A program made the translations under genes and the position numbers. Source: Lytechinus pictus (Eukaryota). Taken from it: a stretch of 64,000 nt of DNA. Positions 26,501 through 41,500 of this stretch are shown one piece after another; position 1 is the first letter of the stretch; each line of letters begins with the position of its first letter. The notes beneath the pieces are model-generated. The model had not been told where the DNA came from. It made no database searches and worked only from the letters and a program-made list of their open reading frames with translations. The stretch lies in assembly GCF_037042905.1 (NCBI RefSeq), contig NC_087249.1, positions 28,086,001-28,150,000 of the forward strand. Reading direction: 5' to 3'.

Positions 26501-29500
26501 TTCGTGAAATATGATGGCGGAGTAGGAGGCAACGACAGAGAGAGAGAGAGAGAGGGAGAAGGAGGAAAGAAATGCTATTTGCTCACATTTTGCGAAGGAA
26601 TAAGACAACACTGCTGTCAGTGTTGTTATTGAATATGACCATCGTCGATGCGATGAGCGCCTCCCCCTTCGGTCTGGTCTCTCCCGGGGTCTCTCCCAAA
26701 ATCCATTCACTGGTGGGGACACCATCGTTGCTTATGAACGCTATTCGCATGTATAAAGTTGACTTTCGCACGTGTTTATGTTTTGACCAAGGCGGAAGTG
26801 GAACGCGAATTGCATTATGGACTGACGTCATGAATAAATTACCCCGAGTCCAATCTCGAGTGCGTCTGCACCGACGAATTAGCGGGATAATTCGTAAAAT
26901 AGCGCGCTATTTTGCAAATAAACCCGAGTTGACTTGGGATTGCAATCTCGAGATTAATCCTACGAACTAGCGCGATAATTGCGTCTGCACCGCCAACTAT
27001 CTCGAGATTTTTCAGATCGGGATAATTTGCCGGATCAGAAATAGCGCGCTAATTTGAAACTTCGGGATGGTGCAGACGGCCCTAGTGAGAGTGCTTATAA
27101 GCATGACTTGGAGGAAATAAAATACTTTACTAAATGAAGTCACATAGATTGGTGCCTTGATGACTTCTACTGACCTGGAATGCCCTAAGCAAGGCCATGT
27201 GATCACTGAAAGTGTTGGAAGAATATTTCTTGCGGATTTGCATGGCACCACGTTTCTGAGAAGGGTGGCTGGGAAGCACAACTGTGAATAGAGGTGACAT
27301 GAAAAAGTTAGGTTACACAATGAAGTTGTAATGCCTAGAAGAGCGACTAAATCTGATGAGTACTGCTCAACTGTCTCTTCAATAAGTATTGAACAAATAA
27401 GAGATTGATAATTACACTAGTCATACTGAAACCACATACTATAAAACTTCTATCACTTCTATCTTGAAAATAACAGACATGGCACAGATAACAATAACTC
27501 AGATTTATCAACCAGTTATGTATCATTATCATGTATTTACGTATGCCCAAAGGTTGATTCTCAAAACATTGATGGGGCGCACAGCACATCCCTAGCACCC
27601 GTGCCTACATTCGCCACTCGATATAATGCATGAATCTAAGATTTAGCAACAGGTCATGTATTTTTGTAATAACATTGGGGGGGGGAGGCATGCATGCCTT
27701 GCACCCCTGCTTGCATCCACCACTGGATATAATGCATGAATCTAAGATTTAGCAACAGGTCATATATTTTTGTAATAACATGGGGGGAGGCATGCATCCC
27801 TTGCACCCCTGCTTGCATCCACCACTGGATATAATGCATGAATCTAAGATTTAGCAACAGGTTATGTATTTTTGTAATAACATGGGGGGGGAGGCATGCA
27901 TCCCCTGCACCCCTGCTTGCATCCGCCACTGGATACAATGCATGAATCTAAGATTTAGCAACAGGTCATGTATTTTTTGTAATAACATGGGGGGGAGGCA
28001 TGCATCCCTTGCACCCCTGCTTGCATTCGCCACTGGATATAATGCATGAATCTAAGATTTAGCAACAAGTGATGTATTTTTGTAATAACATGGGGGGGGG
28101 GAGGCATGCATCCCTTGCATCCCTGCTTGCATCCGCCACTGGATATAATGCATGAATCTAAGATTTAGCAACATGTCATGTATTTTTGTAATAACATGGG
28201 GGGGAGGCATGCATCCCTTGCACCCCTGCTTGCATCCGCCACTGGATATAATGCATGAATCTAAGATTTAGCAACAGGTCGTGTATTTTTGTAATAACAT
28301 GGGGGGGAGGCATGCATCCCTTGCACCCCTGCTTGCATCCGCCACTGGATATAATGCATGAATCTAAGATTTAGCAACAAGTCATGTATTTTTGTAGTAT
28401 CATGGGGGGGGGGGGAGGCATGCATCCCTTGCACCCCTGCTTGCATCCACCACTGGATATAATGCATGAATTATTCTTACATGGGTCTTTGTAGGCAAGA
28501 GCACACACGATGGTAAGGACTGGATCAAGGCACTTCAAGACAATGGCATAGAGGACCATTTTACCGAGCCTTGGGTCTACTGGCAGGTCTGCTAGGTGAC
28601 AACCAAGCTCCGTCAGGTCCTCCCATTTATCCATAGCATCAATAGACTGTCGACAAAAAATATGGAGGAAACCTTTTGAAACTTGTTAGATCAACATTCA
28701 ACACAGATACTGTAACAGGCATCTAATAAAGTACAAATTGATGTGTCAAACACTGTATGAAATAATCTAATTGTAAATTCTATTTATAAAAGCTTAATAA
28801 GTTTCATATTAGTTTATGTATCCATGTGTAAAATATGAGTGTCTGTAAACACCTTACATCATTAGTAAACTTTTGAGGAGGCCAACGACACATTCCTCAT
28901 GATGTAAAGAGGTCAGTGAGCTCCCAGTAATTCACAATGATGCTTGCTAACTGCACATTTACATAAAATATGTACATCTGACCCCCTACATGTAATACCT
29001 TCCTGAAATGATTCGTGCTTATTCAAAGTTAGAATGTTTTCTACTTCCGAATACAAAGTAATGAAAGCTACAATACTATCAAATTATCATCACTGGTTCA
29101 GTTCATGAAGTGAAATGGGAATGGAGACAGAAGGTATTGGATGTATAAAACAGTTTTAAGGAATTGTGCAATGTACATTTTGTGCAATGTTAGAGAAAAT
29201 AACTTGTTATCATGAATGAATAAATGGTTACTAATAGTTGGAAACCGAAGATATTAGAAGTACCTTGAGTAGATTGACGGCATTCCTGATAGCTACAGTA
29301 GCAGGTGGTTCAGGAGCTCTCTTCAAGAAGTCACCTACTGATGTTTCGTTAGGGGCAAGAAGTTTGGTGTGAAGACACAATTCCTAGAAAGGATAATAAT
29401 TACGTATCAGGTTTTGATATTTTTGCCCATCAGATTCAGTTTCATATTACAGTGATCATTTCACTTCCATCGTTCTTGTTCCCAGAGGAAAGCATGATTC

Positions 29501-32500
29501 AAAAGTTTAGAGATGACAATTTACACAGACAGATAGATACTAAGAAGGGAATGCACAATATGGTTTAAATATTAAATCTTATTGAGATATTTTGCAATTT
29601 ATGTATCAATTCTAGTAAAGAGGAATAAATATAAAATCAACAAAGTTTAAGAGTGACAGCCATATCATGTTCAAACCTTTCCCTAACATGACAAAAAAAA
29701 GTCTCAATTTTCCTATCAATATTCATATCATCAATGACATATGAATTTTGGATACTGCAAAAAGAAGGGATTTTTTTTATAGAAACATGGTAAAAACAAA
29801 GAGAATTTGTTTTCTTACATGTAATGGTGTTCTGAGGATTTCAGGAACCTGGAAGTCAGGTAGACTCTGGTAGCGAACTCTACTAATCAGATGAAAACAC
29901 ATTCCTGGACGAACACGACCAGCTCTGCAAAATATAAACACAAACAAAGTATGATATCAATTCATATTTCTGGAACCCTCAATGGGTGAGTTCAAGTACG
30001 GTGTTGAAATCGGGTGTTGTGACAACACCAACACCAGCCACAACACTGTACTTGAAATCAGGCTGGTGTTGGGATTAACCTCGAAAAATATGACGTATTT
30101 CTGGCAGTTCGTGTTGAAGACTGGTGTTGAATGTTGTCTGCTGTCTGTTGTCACATCACTGACATCGTATCCAGAGCAAGTAAAAAACTGTACATGATTC
30201 GTAGTCTGAAAAAGTTCAACCTCTCTAGAAAAGACCTGCTAACTATCTTTACATGCTATCTACGACCCATACTAGAGTACTGTGCACCTGTGTGGCACTC
30301 GTCCATAACAGCCAATGAATCAAAACAAATAGAATCTATCCAGAAAAGAGCATTGCGTATAATTTTTGGCAAAGATTATTACTCATATGATAATGCACTT
30401 TCAACTTCTGGCCTTACAACCTTGTATGACAGACGTGTCACTTTGTGTATGAAATTTGCACTGTCCCTTGAAAAGTTCTTTCCTCATTGGCTATCCCCCA
30501 AACAATCCGAATTTAGAGCCCTCCGAAATAGTGAGAAATATAGACTGACGAAGTGCCGCACAGAACGATACAAGAAAAGTACCATGCCCTATCTAATCAG
30601 GCTTTTAAATGATAGATGAGTCTTTTAAATGATAGATGAGTAACACATATGTTTCCATGAAGTTTAAATGTGCTATGTATTTCCCCAAATGAATTGATCT
30701 TATAATGTATTAATTACCCTTTTTATATCCATGTTGAATATTATCAATTTGCTATGTATGTTCAAGTAATTATATATTCTTTTATATTGCAAACACCAGA
30801 TGAATGAAACAGTGGCCAATCTTACAAATTATGCCTTTATCCTATTTTGAAACAATACCTCATTTATTTTGAAACTTAAATAATAATTTGCTGAAAGATG
30901 TTTTTTTAACCCCCCCCCCTCCCGTTCCATATATCTTTATCTCCATTATGTTGAACCTTTTCGATTTTTTGTTCAGCAGGACCATTTTTTCTTCTTTACG
31001 TTCTACTTGTAAATGCTCCATCAATTATATGTACATGTATATTTTTCTGTAACTCCTGCCAGTAGGCCTACTCGTAATTACATGTAGCATCACTTCTAAT
31101 ATCCGCTTCCTTACACACACACTCAACTTATCATTTCTCTTATTTTGGAATCATTATTGTTCATTATAATTTTTACGGTATATCGAAATTAGTATTGTAA
31201 TTTTTGTAAATTAGAATCATTATTATTGTAGCCTTGAATCATCACTGTATATTTGAATTGTTATGGTTAAATTGAATTAAGATTATTATTGTAATTGAGA
31301 TTTTATTCATGTCTATGTGCAATTTATATGTTTTTATTGTAAATTCAACGGCAATTCAGCCTTCGTGGCTGCTAAATTAGCTTTTACAGTTACGATGAGT
31401 ACAATTCATTTGAGCTTTATATATTTCGATGAAGAATAATGTTTATTCTTTCGAATTCTTGAATTAATTAAAGCATTTGTATTCTGTGCTATGAGAATAT
31501 AATGCATTTCTCTCTGATTTCATTTTTTTCGTCGAGCCTTCTTGCGTGAAGTTGAGATGATTTAGCAGCACAGCGCAGAGGCGTGACGTCAGGTGCTATC
31601 GATAACGCAATCGATATCGTTCCTCTGAACCTAACTCGGTTCAGCGGCCTTTTAACGCTCTCAACACCAACACCGAACTTGAAATCACCCAATGACATCG
31701 CAAATATTTCTAATAAAAAATTTAACCAAAGACTCAGGTCCTTTTTTTACTATTTACCCCTGTGTTAAAGTCTGTGGTTGAATTGTGCTAATCTCAGTAT
31801 TTCATTTTTACCAGATATTTAATCTTTATGGTAAACAGTTTTAAGCAACAAAAACAGTGTTTATTTCACAGTATCACTGTTCAACCATCTACATCAATAG
31901 TATGGTTTAGGTGTGTACATGAATTGACCAAATAAGTATATCAAATAAAAATAGTTATTGATCATAAGGTATGAAATAACACAGGACAATAATCAGAACA
32001 CAAGTACTGAATTAAATTACACACCATCATCTTAATAGTTTGATATTAATACATACCTTCCTCTTCTCTGCTTGGCACTTGCTTTGGATATCCAGTTGCT
32101 CTTCAGTGATGAGATGTTGGCTATTGCATCAAATGATTTCTATAATAATAATAATAATAATAGCTGGATTTATAAAGCGCTTTTTGCCAGAGGATACAAA
32201 GCGCTGCTATCATTACCCCGGCTTTAGTTCGAGCTACCATCACCGGCGCTCAGTGCATGCAAGGAATTAATCCTGCTGGGTACCCATTCACCTCACCTGG
32301 GTCGAGTGCAGCACAGTGTGGATAAATTTCTTGCTGAAGGAAAACACGCCATGGCTAGGATTTGAACCCACGACCCTCTGTTTGAAAGGCGAGAGTCAGA
32401 ACCACTAGACCACGACGCGCCCACAATTTAAGATAAACATTGTTTATTTTAACATGTCACTCTGTATTATCATTGGAATACATGGTCTAAAACTTTGCCC

Positions 32501-35500
32501 AGATTTGTCTTATGAAGCAAAGATGAAAATTATATATATATATCTACTTCAAAATGTGCTAATTATAACAACCCTTGACAATCAATAATGTAATAATTCA
32601 AAATGAAAACATGCAAACTATCTATCAAGGACAGGATAAGGAACAGTAGTTTCTAACGTCAAATTACACAAATTTAAGACCATTTTCATGTAACACTTTC
32701 ACAATTTCTGACTTCTCACCTCTTGAAAAGCTATTGGATTTCTATCCTAATTGCTCTCCCCATCCTTCAGGACTTATTCAATGAAATGTTTTGATAAGTT
32801 TGATACTAAGAAACCATGTTTACTTGACTAGCTAAGGGCAAAATTGTTATTAATAACAAACAGTATGAAACACGACCCCGATCGCTTTTTTATTTCAAGA
32901 TTACGGAGTGGAAAATCGAGATTGATACATTTGCCAAAGGATAGTAATGCCAGGTACGTAGTGATGTCATACCTACCTCCTTGACTTTTCCAGAGTCTAT
33001 AACAAAGACTACATCGTTGATAGTTACACTGGTTTCTGCTATATTTGTTGAAAGCACCTGTAAACAGCAAAATAAATGGAAACAAATATTCCTTTCAAAC
33101 AATCCTTAACATCAAATAACTGTTAAACTTGAACATGTGAGAGGACACCTGAATGGGAGAATGAGGTAATTACTATATTTCTAGTGCTGATTGAGTTCTT
33201 TAAATTTTTGCAGGGCAATACAGATAACAAAATGAATGGAAACAAATATTCCTTTCAAACATTTCTTAAAGTCAAATAACAATTAAACTTGAACATGTGA
33301 GAGGACACCTGAATGGGAGAATGAGGTAATTACTATATTTCTAGTGCTGATTGAGTTCTTTAAATTTTTGCAGGGCGATACAGATAACAAAATGAATGGA
33401 AACAAATATTCCTTTCAAACAATTCTTAAAGTCAAATAACAATTAAACTTGAACATGTGAGAGGACACCTGAATGGGAGAATGAGGAAATTACTATATTT
33501 CTAGAGCTGAATGTGTTTAAAGTTTTACAGGGTGATACAGATAACATATGGGAGGGTAAACATTCTCTACATTATGGCTGAGTTTTACCTTAAGTACATG
33601 ACTCTTCACATATTCATTCATATTGAAGTTAACACACTCATATCTTTTTGTATAAAGTCATAATTACGAATAAAGCAAAATTTGTCCTCTTAGATTGAGA
33701 TGACAATAACAACACAAAATGTGAAGTATATTTAGCAATGCGGTCATGGGGGTGGTATGGCTGTTATGGTTGTCATTCTTACAATCTTTCTAATGTTCTG
33801 GCCTGGTGTCTTGAAGACCTTCTTTTGATCATGACTCTGCATGCTGGAATGAAGTGTGTAGATCTGATAGGACTGACGATCACTGAAGGTATCATCCTGG
33901 AGCAACATGTCACGGAGGGTAACAATGTCATCATAACCAGGTAGGAAGACAAGTATGGCACCTCAGAGAAAGAAAAGAAATTAAGAATCATATGAAAGTA
34001 GCTTCTAATTGTCTAATATATTTGCAGTAAATGGCACAGTAATGAAAGGTATTATACTGTAAACCTTGACCTTCCATAATTTTAAGTGTTAAAAAAAAAG
34101 CAAATAAATGTGGTACTTACGTCTTCTTAGGCAAATATAAAGTCAAACAGATTTCTGTGGACCCAAGAGATTTAACTGTATTCACTTCCAGTTTTTTTCA
34201 ATGGGGTAGCCTCCTTTGATGACATTCTGCATGAGGGCCCTAATGTCTACTGAACACTTTTAAATAGAGCCACTGTACAATATAGACTACTTAACAAATA
34301 ACATTGTAAACATTGTCCTTTTTTAAAATGAAATGGTAAACAACCATGTAAGTTTTACAATTTATCAATCACAATCATAAGCTTTATCATCATGGTATCA
34401 TCACCCCTCCCCCTCCATTATAATCATTTACACACATTATTCTAAAAAAAATACCTTCTTGTGAGTTGCTGCATATGTAGTCAAGGAGAGCAAGGATCAG
34501 ATTGAGGTCAACCCTTTCATCATCAAAGCTGTGATGATAAGCTTGAAGGAGCTCTCTGTCTTCAGCACTAACTTCACTGTGATTCCTCAATAACTCACTC
34601 TCATCCTCATTGGTAGCTTGGACCGTGTCCCTGTGGGGGCAAGATTCAGAAGGAATTTGATGTCAGACCAGACAGACCTAGAATGCATAACAACTTGCTT
34701 AAATACCATACGGCAGTTCCATTAAATAATCAGCCTGTTTAAATACAAGGTCTGCACCTTTCTCTATATTTACTTCACTTCACTGGCGGCTCAAGTTATG
34801 ATAATTTCAAAGAATAAGAACTTGACTAAGGTCCCACCTATAATGGGCAAGATGAAATAACTTTGTGGAATTGCCAAAAGGTCAGTTTTTTAAGAGGTTC
34901 TAATGCACATCTTATACATGCCAAATATATACCCTGGAAACCTAATAAACCCACAGCAATACTATGGATCTTCATAAACCTTTTCACTTAGATATCTTTG
35001 GAAATATTTCTACTAATTGAAAATGGTCAGCTGGTTTGCTGAACTTACAGATATGCTTGCAGAAGTTCCAATACTTCTGTTTGGTTGAACATCCTTGCAA
35101 AATCCAAAGCTGACCTGTAAACAAAAGTAAAACATTTTTTACAGTAAATCTGAAATTTAAGGAATGTTTTTTAATATAAGCTGTAACACACCTATGACCG
35201 ATAACATGGTAAAGAAAGGCAAAGAATACGATGTTTCTCAGAGAACTAACTGAAACCTACAATTCAATAATGAAGAATTACTTACAATCATTAACCTACA
35301 TGCATGTCCATCCCCACTTTTTCCCCTTATTACTTCACTCCACAAACTGTTCAAGTCCTGATAACCTGAGTGTTACAACTTAACATATAAACTTGATGTG
35401 AATATCCATATCAGATATTGAGACAGAGTTGCCTGAAATAAATAAAGTGTGCTGTCTCATAAGACTGTTCGTACAGTAACACATGACTTAACACACAACT

Positions 35501-38500
35501 GGAACATGTTCTTCGGAGCTCAGCTCAGGCAGCTACATAGGGATATTCAGCACAAGAAAGGGTCAACAGTCACGCATAAAGTCAGGCGGAACTTATAAAC
35601 AGTTTTGTGAGCTCGTCCTGTGGTCTTTATTTACCTTTCATCGGATGCTTTGAGAGAAGCGTTTGCACCAAGGCTAAGAAGCTGTTCAACCATCTCTACA
35701 TTGCCTCGCCCTGCTGCAACCATCAGTGGAGTCACACTAGACTCTGAATGTGCATAGTCAACTGTGTTCATTTCAGAGGAAAAAAAAGGAAAAGGACCAT
35801 AACGCACAGTCACAATACCAATTTGGCTTCAAAGTTTTGCGGAGGATGATGTACTCCTCAGATGCTTCACGTTATAGAAAAGCTGAACAATGACGTGAAA
35901 GTGAAATAGATTAACTTTGTTAAAAGCTTCAATTAATATACATTCTAAATTCAAAAGAACCATTGTCTTTAAGAGAATGTTTGTATATTTTCCATGCCTA
36001 CAGGCTTGCAATCTAGATGAAGAAGTCCTTGGCTGGGAATGATTCAAGTGATAACTGAAATGAAAAACTAATGTCTAGTATGGGAAAACTAATAACTACG
36101 CCACTCACCACTGACATTCTCATTGAGGAGAAGGTAGAGGAGTTGAGAGAAGTAATCATCATCACCTGTCTTCCAACAGTCTGAGAGGGCGCTATCCATA
36201 TCATGGATGAGCCACTCTGCCATGTCCTCAACATCAATAGATGTCTGTGAGAATAAACAAGATTTTTCATTTAACTTTTGAGCATTATGTCTGTGTCAAA
36301 TCGTGTGTTTATAAAAATAAACAAGACATAACTGATTTATCAAGAAACATCTGGCATGCTTTAGGATAGCCAACTTGAATAAAAGAAAGCAGAATCTAAT
36401 TCAAGGTAATATCAAAAGATCAATTGTAAAATTTAATTTCAAAACAAAGAGTACACTATCACAATTTGTCCCCATCCTTCATATAAATCTATTTTCACTT
36501 TTACATGAAATTAGTAATTAATGAATAATTTAATCAGTAATTGATCATCATTATTGTAACATTCATTCATATACCAATAATATTCCTACAACACCATTTC
36601 AAATCATTGTAATTTTATGTTTATTCTGTTGATTTTTTAATGTATGTTTGTTACTGTGTTTAATCATTTGAAAATGAAAATAAATCCAACTGACATTAAA
36701 CTGGAATAAGATGATCCTACTTTGCTGGACTCAAGGACATTTTCTTTCAAAATTCTATTTAATCATCTTTTCATATTAACCGTCTGCTTGCTGAACCAAA
36801 AGCAAGGCACCATATGGATGGTGATGAACTATATTCTTACATCAGCTGCAGATGGTCCCATAGTTGTAGCTCGGAAGTCTCTTGATAACGAGTCTACTGA
36901 TGGGTGCACAGGAGCCACTGAATGGCCCTTGCTTGCTGAGGCTCCGCCTACCTGGTCAGTATTGTACCATTTGTTGAGCTGTTGTTGTTGCTTGGCAACT
37001 GATGGATAGCAAGTGGAAAGAATCTTACTTTACCAAAGGATGGTATATTAAAACAATATCTAATCACAAAACTGAATTTATAAAGATACAAACTGATGAC
37101 AAACATTTACATATTTATTGTAAATAATGGTACATGGAACATATGCAAGTTTCTAGGAAAGAAAACTAATGTGAAGATAAAAAAAACTCAAAATAATCAA
37201 AAAACGTAAATTTTTTCAATTTTCCTGATTATGACCAGCATGAAATACGATTGCAGGGATTATTCCAGTCAGTATATTTAAGAAAACCTCTTGAAATCCA
37301 AATAGAAACCACATACATATTAAAGAAGTATTCCTTTTCTTATGCATACATGATAAAAATTCTTCAGTTCTTTCAGTCCTACCATGATACCATTACCTTT
37401 TCCTTTCTCCTTCTGATATTCAATCATCTTTGCATTTGTGTACCGTGTGCTGAATAAATGAAAAAGAAAGTTTTAACATAATATAAAAAGAAGCATGATT
37501 TAGGATATATTTTTCCCTGTAGTAGAATCATATTCAGGTCAAATTATAATTGTTTAGTACCAGTCCTAATTACCATCACACATTTCTTAATTACGACACA
37601 AAATTATTCATTATAATTACTTCATGTCTCATAAATGCTAGTTCAAGTTGTGGTAACAAACAAAAAATGAGTTTGATATAATGAAATGACCATTAAAGAA
37701 TTTGTGTATAAATAAAAAGAAATAAGTGCCAAATGATTCCAGTAGGAAATGTGAAATTGCTGAGTGATTAACCAAACCATTATGGCATTCCAGTTTGGTG
37801 GGGTTTTCCCCCAAGCAATAATATTACACATGTGCGTGCCTGTGTTGCTGATCTTCAGAGTGGTCATTTTTCAGTCAAGATTTCATGACTTCAAAAAGTT
37901 CAGTTCATGTAAAGATCTAGGCCGAGGCTGAAATAATGACAATTAGCCTCGGTTGATATCAAAATCTCTCTCATGAAATCATTGCTACTGTTGACAATAC
38001 AGTTCAGTAGTCTAACTTTTAACCTTTACTGCCTCATTGTGACTTACCACTTCAGGGCATCTTCAAGAAATAGCTCTTCAACATCAAACATATTTCCTGG
38101 AACTAGAAGACAATGGAAAGAAACAAATTCAATTAAGCATTCATTTCTCCAGATAACATATCATATTTCTCTTCTATCTTTGCTGAACATCACATAGCAG
38201 TAGCATAGCAATTTACACATATACAAAACATACAAACGGTGGGGAATGTTTGTGTTTACATACATAAATATCGGTTGCTGGCATCAAACAAGGGTTTTCA
38301 TTTCTTTTTACCAGAGGACAATTTTCCTTCCCTATCAGCAATATGTCTCTCTCACTCTTCATGGTTCTGAATATAATCAAGAATGCAGCTCACATTTACA
38401 CAATAAAAAAAGTCATTGAGACCGCACTGCACAGTTACCACCTACAAGGTTTGAATCAATATCAATTATCATCAAAACAATAATGAACGGATGAGAACCG

Positions 38501-41500
38501 AGCAAAATGTAAGAAAACAGATTCACCTACCAGAGACAATGGGGCAGTTATTGAAGTAGCGTACAAAGAGTTGAACGTCAAGGGCAGCACTCATGAGAAC
38601 AAGTGTGAGATGTCTTTTCCTTGTCATGAGGTCTCTGATCTGAGTCACAAGGAAATCACTAAATCTATCCCTCTCATGAATTTCATCCTGGTTTGGAAGA
38701 TAACAAAAGGAAAAACACTAAATAGTTGAACAAGTCATCACGGATTTGTAAATTATAGCAGCACAACACAACACAATATAATTAACATAAATTAAAATGA
38801 TTTTAAATTCGAAATCTAGAAAGCTTTGAATATGCGTAAAACAATATAAATGGTAAAATGTTTCCTGTTAAATATAAGTTAAACGATCATCTTAAAAGAT
38901 ATTTCATGCATACTGCATATTTCATTAACACAAATGACAAAGCTTTCCACTCATATGTGACCACGTAACATGTTGCAAGAGGTGGAGAGGAGGGGTTTTT
39001 TGCATCTCAACTGAATAGGAGTTTGATGGACACTTACAATAATAACATGAGTGATTACATCAAGGGCTGCATCTCCTGTCATTAGGGTTCGTAGTAGAAC
39101 ACCGTTGGTGCAATAAGTAAGCAGGGTCTTCGGTGAAACTCTGCAAGTGAAAAGACATAGAATTATCTGAAGGTAGATAAGAATTACAAGTGTATTTCAC
39201 AGCACTTTGAGCAGTCGTAGATTGATAAAGTGCTATAATGTATAAAATTGGAAATTGGAAATTATTATTATTATATCAATCTGTATTGAAATTTTAATCA
39301 AACTACTGTTTCATAAATCCAAAATCAGCAACATGTTCATGAATGAATAATTTCTTTTCAAAAAGGAGAAAACTCCACCCTTATTCTCCATGCCCCTTTA
39401 AGGATGGTAATCACATACAAGCTCTAATGGCAAGTGCTGAAGATTCTTGTGGTCAAAGTAATGTGTAAGGCTAAGTCGTAAAAATGGGTATTGACTTAAT
39501 AATGGTGGTAAAGGTTTTAGAATAGGTGTAGATACAGAAGTAGGAGCAACAGATTTAACCCTAAAAGAGCCGGATTATTGGGACCCCTCTCACAGGGGGG
39601 GGGGGGGGGTGGTGGATTACGCCCCCCCCCCTGAGATTTCGGCCTTCGATTGCACGAGCGCCGCAAAAATTTGCAGTGGTATTGTGCGACACCACACCAC
39701 ACGGCTGTATGGTTAATTTTTTGAAATAAGATTTTTCATTTAATGAATTATTTATGCTAATTTATGTATGAAATAAAACATTTGCTCTAATCAACTATAA
39801 TACGGCCCCAAAACTGCTAATTTTTTATTCTCAGACTCTTTGTAGAATACCGATCAAAAAATTTGGAATCACAATTTTTCTGATGTATATTTTATTTCTT
39901 ATGAATTTCTTTGTTTTTTTACTTTGTTTTTTATTGGTTTTTTCAATAGGAATTGCTGCAGACTTAATTCTGATCATAAACAAGACAAAATTAATTAAGT
40001 TTAATCAGTAAAAGTAGAAATAATGATACATTTATGAATTTTGGCTAAGTACACAATTTGCATTGGATTAAATGAATTTGTACATAAATTCACGTTTTTG
40101 AGCAGTTTTGGGTTTGACATGCACCTAATGTTGCGTAATTTCGTAACCGCAGACCTGGGCATCGCAAATTTGGTCTCAAAAGTTGTGCAAGATTTGAAAG
40201 TAAAAAGCTCCCCGGGCCTTTTAGGGTTAAGGTAGAGCACTTCTTACAAAATCAGATATTGACTAAAAATATAGGGTCTGTCCTTGACATCCGATGTAAC
40301 TGCATACCTTTCTATTTCTACTTTTCTGTTGCCAATATTTGAAATGCATACCTGCTTTCTAGTCTAATTTGATAACCAACTGTCTGACCTATTGCCTCTC
40401 CTCTTTCAGCTGCAACCCTCTCAGATACTGAAAGGGCTGATATCCGTCTAGGCTGGGTACAGATGATGCGACATGGCCTTTTCATTTCAAAGCATTCATC
40501 CAATATGAATTGAGGAAGCTGTTCAAATGAAGGAATATTTTACTGTTATATGAATAACGGGATAACGTAGTATTTATATTACGCAATTGTCTATTTGTCT
40601 ATTCAAAGGCACACAATATATAATCACAACTTAAGCTCCAGGTGCTCTTTCAAGAGCTGAGTGCATTCAAGAAATCAATCCTGCCAGATAGCCATTCACC
40701 CAACCTGGGTTGAGTGCAGCACAATATGGACACTTTTCTTGCTGTAGGAAAACACTGCATGGTTGGGACTCAAACCCATGACCTTCTGATTGAAAGATGA
40801 GAGTCAAACCACCTGATCATGATTTCACTTCTTATATTAATGTTAGGGTCAACTAGTGGCGTTTTAAGCAGTGAAACTGTCCATGGGGGAGGGGATGATC
40901 TATAGAGTTCCCCTCCCCGTCAAATAGTGAACACACAAAAATTTCTGCCAGTGTAAGGTCATAGGCCTTATCAATCGGCTGATTTTCACATGAAATATTT
41001 CCCCCTCCAACATCAAAAAGTGGAATAATTGAATAACAAGATTTTTTTAAAGATGTACCTGAGTTGTCTTTCCAGATCCAGTATCACCAACAACTAGGAC
41101 TACTCTGTTATTATTGATGGTTGCAAGTATTTCATTCCTCATAGCATAAACTGGCAGCGTCTGACGAAAGCTATCAAGATCTGACCGATTTCTCTTGGAG
41201 GGCACCTGAGGAAGACTGCTGTTGAGACGTCCAGTCGCTTTGTTCATCTCACGGGCTGGGTTTACTGTTAATCATATACATGGGAAAGATTTAGCTGTAA
41301 CTCTATTTTGAATCAGCTTTTCAGAGCATGTTTTTACTGGGTGGTTGATGACTCCCTTGTCAAATCTTGGCTTTAAAATGTCCAACCTCAGACATTCGCA
41401 CAAATCTTTATATGAAACATGGAGGCATAGTTTTTTTTTATCATTTTTTGTTTTTTTGATAATCAAATGGTTTGGTAATCAATACTTTAAAAAATCATGC

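Noticed and set aside
27600-28470. Regular repeat array resembling CRISPR, with repetitive ORFs
   Set aside because: It is in a eukaryotic intron, the units are contiguous with no unique spacers, and there are no cas genes.
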